Assembly: GCF_001194135.2 (NCBI RefSeq)
Contig: NC_068982.1
Location: 104,526,361 to 104,568,706 of the forward strand
Length of the DNA stretch: 42,346 nucleotides
DNA from: Octopus bimaculoides
Taxonomy: Eukaryota
Direction: 5' to 3'
The notes beneath the pieces were generated by a model that saw only the letters and a list, made by a program, of their open reading frames with translations, searched no databases and had not been told where the DNA came from. A program made the translations under genes and the position numbers. The stretch's first letter is position 1; each line of letters opens with the position of its first letter. Shown piece by piece: positions 36,122-42,346 of the stretch.

Positions 36122-36203
36122 AGATGGAGTAAAGCAGCACACTCAGCACACAAGCGTTGACCTAAATTTTGTGATTCTATTGGAGACTTCATTTCATCAC
36201 AAG
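36122..36203 (+). CDS. Weak candidate exon (xDGVKQHTQHTSVDLNFVILLETSFHHK, phase 2-0)
   Basis: Acceptor ctattctcttgcattcag, donor AAG|gtttat. Confidence 0.3.
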
Positions 36204-36504
36204 GTTTATTTGAAAGTACTGTTTCTCTGAAATATTAATACCAGTATGTAAAAAAGTAGCTCTAATAAAATATCTACAAGTTGTAAACCTAATTTCAGTA
36301 CACAATTAAAATTGCTTCATTTGATTTGAATTTTTAAAGTCACTGAAAAATTTGTTAACTTTTTGACTTCCTATTTTCCTTCCTTCAAATATGTGGGTTA
36401 CATACCAGTGTAATTAATTAACACTCTATAAAAAATAAGCATCACTATATGGTAAATATTATACACATATATATTTGGTGAGCCAAATCTTTGAACCAAT
36501 TTAG

Positions 36505-36538
36505 GAAGGCCATGGGCACTGCCACATTCCCAGATCCA
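36505..36538 (+). CDS. Candidate 34-nt exon, frame undetermined
   Basis: GC-rich island with acceptor ccaatttag and perfect donor CCA|gtaagt; all three frames open. Confidence 0.35.
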
Positions 36539-38819
36539 GTAAGTCAATGAAAAAATTCCTGGTTGAAGCCATTTCATTTTATTTATTTTGCTAATACTCT
36601 TTGAAACTTACTGTTTTCATTCTTTAACATAGACAACTTTGTGCCAAGAAATTTGGTCATGGCTAATTAGAGCTAGAACCACCTAATAAATTTGTCCTTA
36701 TCATCCTGAAGATGAGTCTCCAATAATGAATTAATAACCACACAGCTGTAAAGTTATTTCTGAGTTTGAAAAGTAAATTATATTTGAATCTGCTTTCCTT
36801 ATAAGTTATTATGGATTCTTTGAAAATTCTTATATATAAACATGGAAAAATTAATACACATTTGTTACTGAGAAGAATTATATAAGCTATAGAATCCTGT
36901 CATATGCCAGTTTTCAAACATTCTTAGTAAAATTACAAAGTATAATTGGCTATTGATGACAATTTTTTTTTTTTTTTCCTTATAGTTCTCATCCTAATTT
37001 CTGAAATGATTTATCTGTACTTATTCTTACATATGCTATATCTCTTGTAGAATAGTTTTAGATTGTGGCGATGTGACCAGACATCAGTGAAAACTCTACT
37101 CAAGTTTTAAAATCTTCAACTCAGCTTTTCCTTTTGCAACCAGTTCCTTCCTTCTCTAATTGCTGTGCTGTGTTCACTGTTTGTTTCACCTGATGTTCCA
37201 GCCTTCTACAACTACTCTCATTGTCCTTCTCTCTAACTAAACACATGCCAAACAATTACATTCCATCTCAAATGATATTTGGCACACAGAAATAATATAC
37301 TTACCAGGTTTTGTATTTAATTCTGTTACTTAACATTTCTTTTGGATTTCCTTGTATGTATTGTAAATACTTTTCTCTTATCAACTTTGTTTTGATGAAT
37401 CCTTCATTTCTAATTTCAAACTGAAACTAAAAATCAAAGATAATGTTTATTTCTTTCTGGACCTAATAAAATTAGACAATTTTTCTAGTTCTTGATGATT
37501 ACTTTACAATATCAAATAAAAAGTAAAAACACAGATCATTGATGGTTCATTTATATTAGTGGTCATTATTCTCATTATTATAATTGTTATAAGGTCTACT
37601 TTTCTCCTAATTAGCATTAGCTGGACTCCATTTATCTAAACTAAAAGTCAATAAAGGTTTACAACATCATGAAACAGGGGAAAAGATACAAGATACCATT
37701 CATCAGCAACATCCTTACTTATTGTTCCTATAAGCGCTCAAAAATAGAATAAATATCAATTTATTACCAGAGGTTATATAATTCATAAGCATGCTACAGT
37801 TCTGTCTCAGCGTAAAAATCAATCATCAAATATTTTCGAGAACTGTTTTTCCTAATAACTTACTAGACAACATCAGTCAGACCCTTGGAAATATCTTGTT
37901 ATAATTAATTAATTATATTTATTTGTCTTTTTCAAATTTATTTCATTTTTAATCATATTCCAAACTAATACCTTTTGTTTAACATTTTAATGTTCCATTA
38001 GGAAATCTTATCTTATTTTCTTTGGAAGGAATTTTTTCAGTTGAGAACTTTTTTGTTTTGTTTATAATTATTGTTTAATTCTGGTTTTAGATTTCCATCT
38101 TTGATTTAAACTGGGTTCACAACTTTATTATTTAGTTTTTAAATTTTATTTTCATTCATTTACTTTTTTTTATTGCTATTAAATGCCCTCATATTTTCAA
38201 GCCTTTTTAAAGAGACTTGACCAATTAACTAATAAAAATATATATAAAATTTTACTTTCATTAAATTCAAATATTTTGTTGTTTTTTAAAGACTTAATTT
38301 TTTTTCTAACAACTATTGATCCCTTTTCCACCCTTTAGGAGCTGTATTTTCTGTTTCAATTGCATGTTGTCATTAAAACATTTTAAAAGTAACTTCAGAG
38401 ATTATATCTAACAAACTTAATATTGTAATAGGTTTTTAAATTAATAAACTTGTTTGAATTGCAGTGAACAATCAAATATATTTTATATCAAACAGGAAAT
38501 TAAAGAAAACTAGTGAAAAGCTATCTTAAATGTTTATTTGATAAATTAGAAATGTAATAAATAAATCTATAATTTGAACTGTTTTCTTTCTCTGGTGAAA
38601 AAGCGTGTATAAGATGGAGTGACATCAACATTTCTGCACTACTTTTATCTGGAAAGGCAGTGTTTTTCGTTTTTCATCTGCTATGTACTGTGGTGAAACA
38701 CTTCTGCTTAAATTTATACAGAAATTCTGTGATAAAAGCGTTGTATGATATCAGGAAATTGGTTTTTAATGGATGTAAATATGTAAATGGATGTAAATGC
38801 ATGCATGTGTAGAGGTGTG

Positions 38820-38863
<44 letters not shown>

Positions 38864-39835
38864 CATACATATAATGTGTGTATGTAAATGTGTGTGTGTT
38901 TGTGTAGTACATTGTGTTTATAATGTTCAGTTTTGTATTATAAATGTTTCAGTATTAATAGCTTTGTATTGGTAATTTCCATTGTAGCATGAGTGTAAAA
39001 ATGTGATTCGTATTTCTTCATTTATGGCTAACATGTTTAGTTACTGGACTATGTGCCAGTTCAAAATGCATATAATTTTATTATGTAAATTACAAATTGT
39101 ATTGATTACATAAGTGTTGAAAAGACACATTACCTGACTATGATCTTGTGTGATTTTGTTCAATGATAAAATTTTTTGCAACAGCATACTTCAATACCGT
39201 AAAATATTTTAATGCCAAATAAGCACATACACACACATTATATATAAAGCTATTGATTAAAGTCATCCTCTTGTAATTTATTGTGTACTCTCTTATTTTA
39301 AAGATTGAAAAATAATATAAAATATAATTTGTATAAAATGATAAATCCTTTCTTAAAACCCATTATATTGTATTAACTTTATTCAAATTATAAAGCTTCA
39401 TTGAAACAGAATGTGGAATGTGTGTGTGTGTGTGTGTGTGTGTGTGTCTGTATGCGTGCTCTATGTAAGATAAACAGAATTTCTTCTCTGTTTGTTAATG
39501 TATGCAGTTGACTAAATGGCATATTGAATGAAACCTTATTTCAGATATGTAATCATATTTACCTTACCATATGACAAACATGTATCAGACTCCACACATT
39601 TTTAAAGTTTTTATATCAAAATTATCTGTGTGTGTGTGTGATATAAATGGTTAAGGCTGAAGTACATTGATAATCACAGCAGAAGCTGGTAAAACATAGA
39701 CAGGATCGTGTACAAAGATTGAATCATGTACCTCTCAAATACCTTTTGACTGTATATATATATATATATATTATATATAAGGTGTGTTGTCAATACAGCC
39801 TATATATATTGATATCTAAAATTAAAATCATTATA

Positions 39836-40065
39836 CAGGGTGTCCACAAAGTCTGGGTACATGGGGATTAACACATACTTTAAGAAATTATTTCTTTTTT
39901 TTTTTTTATAGTTTCAGCTCAGAGCTGCGGACATGCTGATGCACCTTTTATCCAAATACCCACATGGGGATTAACACATACTTTAAGAAATTATAATTTC
40001 TTATATTTAATTGTTTATGTTATGATTTTATTTACCCCATGTACCCAGACCTTGTGGACACCCTG
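39836..40065. mobile_element. Tc1/mariner-type MITE with about 31-bp TIRs and TA target duplication, carrying an internal insertion
   Basis: TA|cagggtgtccacaaagtctgggtacatgggg ... ccccatgtacccagaccttgtggacaccctg|TA. Confidence 0.9.
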
Positions 40066-40324
40066 TACAATGTAAAATGATATATGATGTTTCTTTAGAC
40101 TTAAACACATTTGTAAAGTAAATGACAGGACATATTTCAACCCCAACCCATCCCAAAAAGATGAAACGAGTTAATCATAGCAAGACATGGATTTGTGTTC
40201 TTCAAGTTTGCTATGGCTCACTTTCTGAGGTACTAAAAAAAAGCTGATGCTGTAATGCTTCTATCATTTTTTCCACCTCAGCTAAGGTTATAGACAATAA
40301 CATAATAAAATGAAAATAATTTTT

Positions 40325-40700
40325 ATCATCATTGCTTTAGACCTGCTTACCATACTGGCATAGTTTGGGCACTCATCGTAGTCAGAGTGGACCACATACT
40401 CAAGGCACTAGACTCACCTACATGGGTCAGAGAATTTCATCTCATGTTCAGTTTTGGGCTTAGTTTCTACGGTGGTGCCATTCTTGACACCAACCACATT
40501 ACCAAGTGCTCTGGGTGCTTTCTCCATGACCTCAATACTAAAGTGGCATGCCATCAACAAGACTAAAGGGTCCTCACAGTGTCACACTTTACAAAGTGTA
40601 CTAGGTGTGTTTTTAGTGCTAGAGAGGTAACCATATCCTCAACACAACTAAAAGGACCTCTCAACTCCATGTCTCTGCTCACTATCTAGGCTCTTTACTG
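40325..40700 (-). mobile_element. Degenerate RTE-type 3' tail copy
   Basis: catcatt...ccatactggcatagtt...ttagtttctacggtggtgccattctt...ccaaccacattac... is the reverse complement of the tail at 15900-16170 and 24000-24200. Confidence 0.55.
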
Positions 40701-40829
40701 AGTAAGAAGCATCAGTGATAGAAGTATGAAAGAATAGGGGCATTAACAATCATGATGAGAAGGATGTGTGATAGGAAGGGAGTGCTAATACTCAATATTC
40801 TGTGATACATGTATGTATGTATGTATGTA

Positions 40830-40876
<47 letters not shown>

Positions 40877-41037
40877 TAGGCAACATGGTAATAAAATATA
40901 ATGGGGTTTAACAGTAATAAAATAAATGAAGTGTTTCAAAAGAGGCTGTCTGTATATATGTGCATATAATGTAAAAGTATTTTTGAAGAGCTAACATAAT
41001 CTAACTTATTTTTTTGTTGTTGTTTGTGTTCCTACAG

Positions 41038-41124
41038 GTATTTTGTCTTCAACCATTCAACATTCTTGAAAAAAAGATGAAGAAAAAGATGCCTCGTAAC
41101 CTTAAAGCTGAAGGAAACTCCTGA
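41038..41124 (+). CDS. Candidate terminal coding exon (VFCLQPFNILEKKMKKKMPRNLKAEGNS*)
   Basis: Very strong acceptor ttttttgttgttgtttgtgttcctacag; open frame to TGA; AATAAA about 125 nt downstream. Confidence 0.4.
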   Translation, partial: VFCLQPFNILEKKMKKKMPRNLKAEGNS

Positions 41125-41713
41125 ATGCTATGAAAAATTATTTTGTATAATCTTTAACAGTTACTTTCTTTAATGAGTGGTTCAACAACCATACCTTCAC
41201 CCACCACCCCATACACACAAACCACCACCACCAAAACAAAAGCGTGTATAATAAAGTGAGGGAAGAGAGAAACAAGATGAAGAGCAGAGGAGGGAAGTGT
41301 CGGAACAAGAATATGCTTATTTATCATGACTTTTAAAAGACAGAATTGAAGGACATGATGTTTTATCATTTCTGTCTCCCTCTTTCCTTCCTTCCCTTTT
41401 TCTCTCTATCTTTTTCTTTCTCTCTACCATTTCTGTCACATCCTCCCCCTCTCTCATTCCCTCACAGACACACATTCTGAAATACTGTTTTAAATATGAT
41501 CTTTAAAATACGTGTGACCCCCCCCCCCAAAACCACCACCACTTCCATCGCCTTTCCCAAATCTCTTATGCTATCATCTACCAGAAAATGCTTCTTATCT
41601 CTCTCTCTATCTCTTCTTTTTCTCTCTCTCTCTCTCTCGGTCTCTCTTTCTCTCTGCATCTCTCTCTCTCTCTCTCTCTTATTTATTTTGTATTCTTTTT
41701 TTTTTTTTTCATT

Positions 41714-41761
41714 NNNNNNNNNNNNNNNNNNNNNNNNNNNNNNNNNNNNNNNNNNNNNNNN
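41714..41761. other. Assembly gap (48 N)
   Basis: N-run after a poly-T/CT tract. Confidence 1.
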
Positions 41762-42346
41762 AAAGTTGAAAATATAAAACAACAAAATGGAAAATACTCA
41801 TGTAAGGCACTTGACATTTTTGAGCTCATGGAATTATGTTCAAAACTTTACTAGGAGTTTTTCTTTTTTTTTTTTCTGTTATTGAGTGAATTTGAATTAC
41901 ACACTTGTAAACTGAGTGTGTGTGTGAAAGAATGAAAAGGCTTGTTGCTGTTATTGTTATTTTTCTAAAACATTGCTCTGTTCTGTGATCATCAGTTTGC
42001 AGTTATCTGGAAAGAAAGACAAACAAGGTGGTTAACACTAACAACGTGGTTTTCAGCAACAAAACAAAACCCTTGGCACTTGGAATATTTAATGGCCATC
42101 AAATGAGGAAATGAACACATGAAATCATAAAAATATCTTACTTTAGACTGTCATTGTAAATATTTTCTTTATAAAGTTCTAATGATACAAATATATATGG
42201 CAAAGTATATGAAACAACATATATATATTTGTGTGTATATATATATATATATATATAAAGATATATATATATTCGTATATATATATATATATATAAAGAT
42301 ATATGTATATATAAATGTATATATATTTCAATGTATGCATATATAT

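Noticed and set aside
38580-38812. Open plus-strand frame of about 75 codons (...VKHFCLNLYRNSVIKALYDIRKL...)
   Set aside because: Splice boundaries are ambiguous and the phase conflicts with neighbouring candidates; any resemblance to channel motifs is too weak to call.

Overview
AT-rich, microsatellite-dense eukaryotic DNA with two assembly gaps (N-runs at 16904-16983 and 41714-41761). The repeat complement (tRNA-headed SINEs, RTE, CR1, L1/Tx1, Penelope and R4/Dong LINE relics, TA-flanked MITEs) looks like a coleoid cephalopod, most likely Octopus; this is an inference from recalled repeat families, not a database result. There is no long intact protein ORF, and most ORFs in the supplied track are microsatellite artefacts or decayed retroelements. 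The window appears to be mostly intronic sequence of a plus-strand gene with very small exons (27-78 nt). Splice-site-bounded candidates at 455-490, 2138-2215, 4123-4171, 6939-6992, 13012-13048, 13641-13691, 14390-14416 and 14893-14953 join in phase into one open frame that I cannot assign to a named protein. Weaker exon candidates continue to about 41.1 kb. The most interesting non-gene signals are a minimal type-I hammerhead-ribozyme-like motif at 3139-3172 (about 2 kb from a Penelope relic), a 5'-intact but 3'-truncated L1/Tx1 element with TATA/Inr-like motifs at its apparent 5' end that abuts an RTE endonuclease fragment, several inverted repeat pairs that could form intronic dsRNA, a stack of retroelements in (AAT)n, and a MITE carrying a retroposed tail with a 33-bp duplication. 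I found no convincing wholly new biological system. Repeat boundaries are approximate unless stated.
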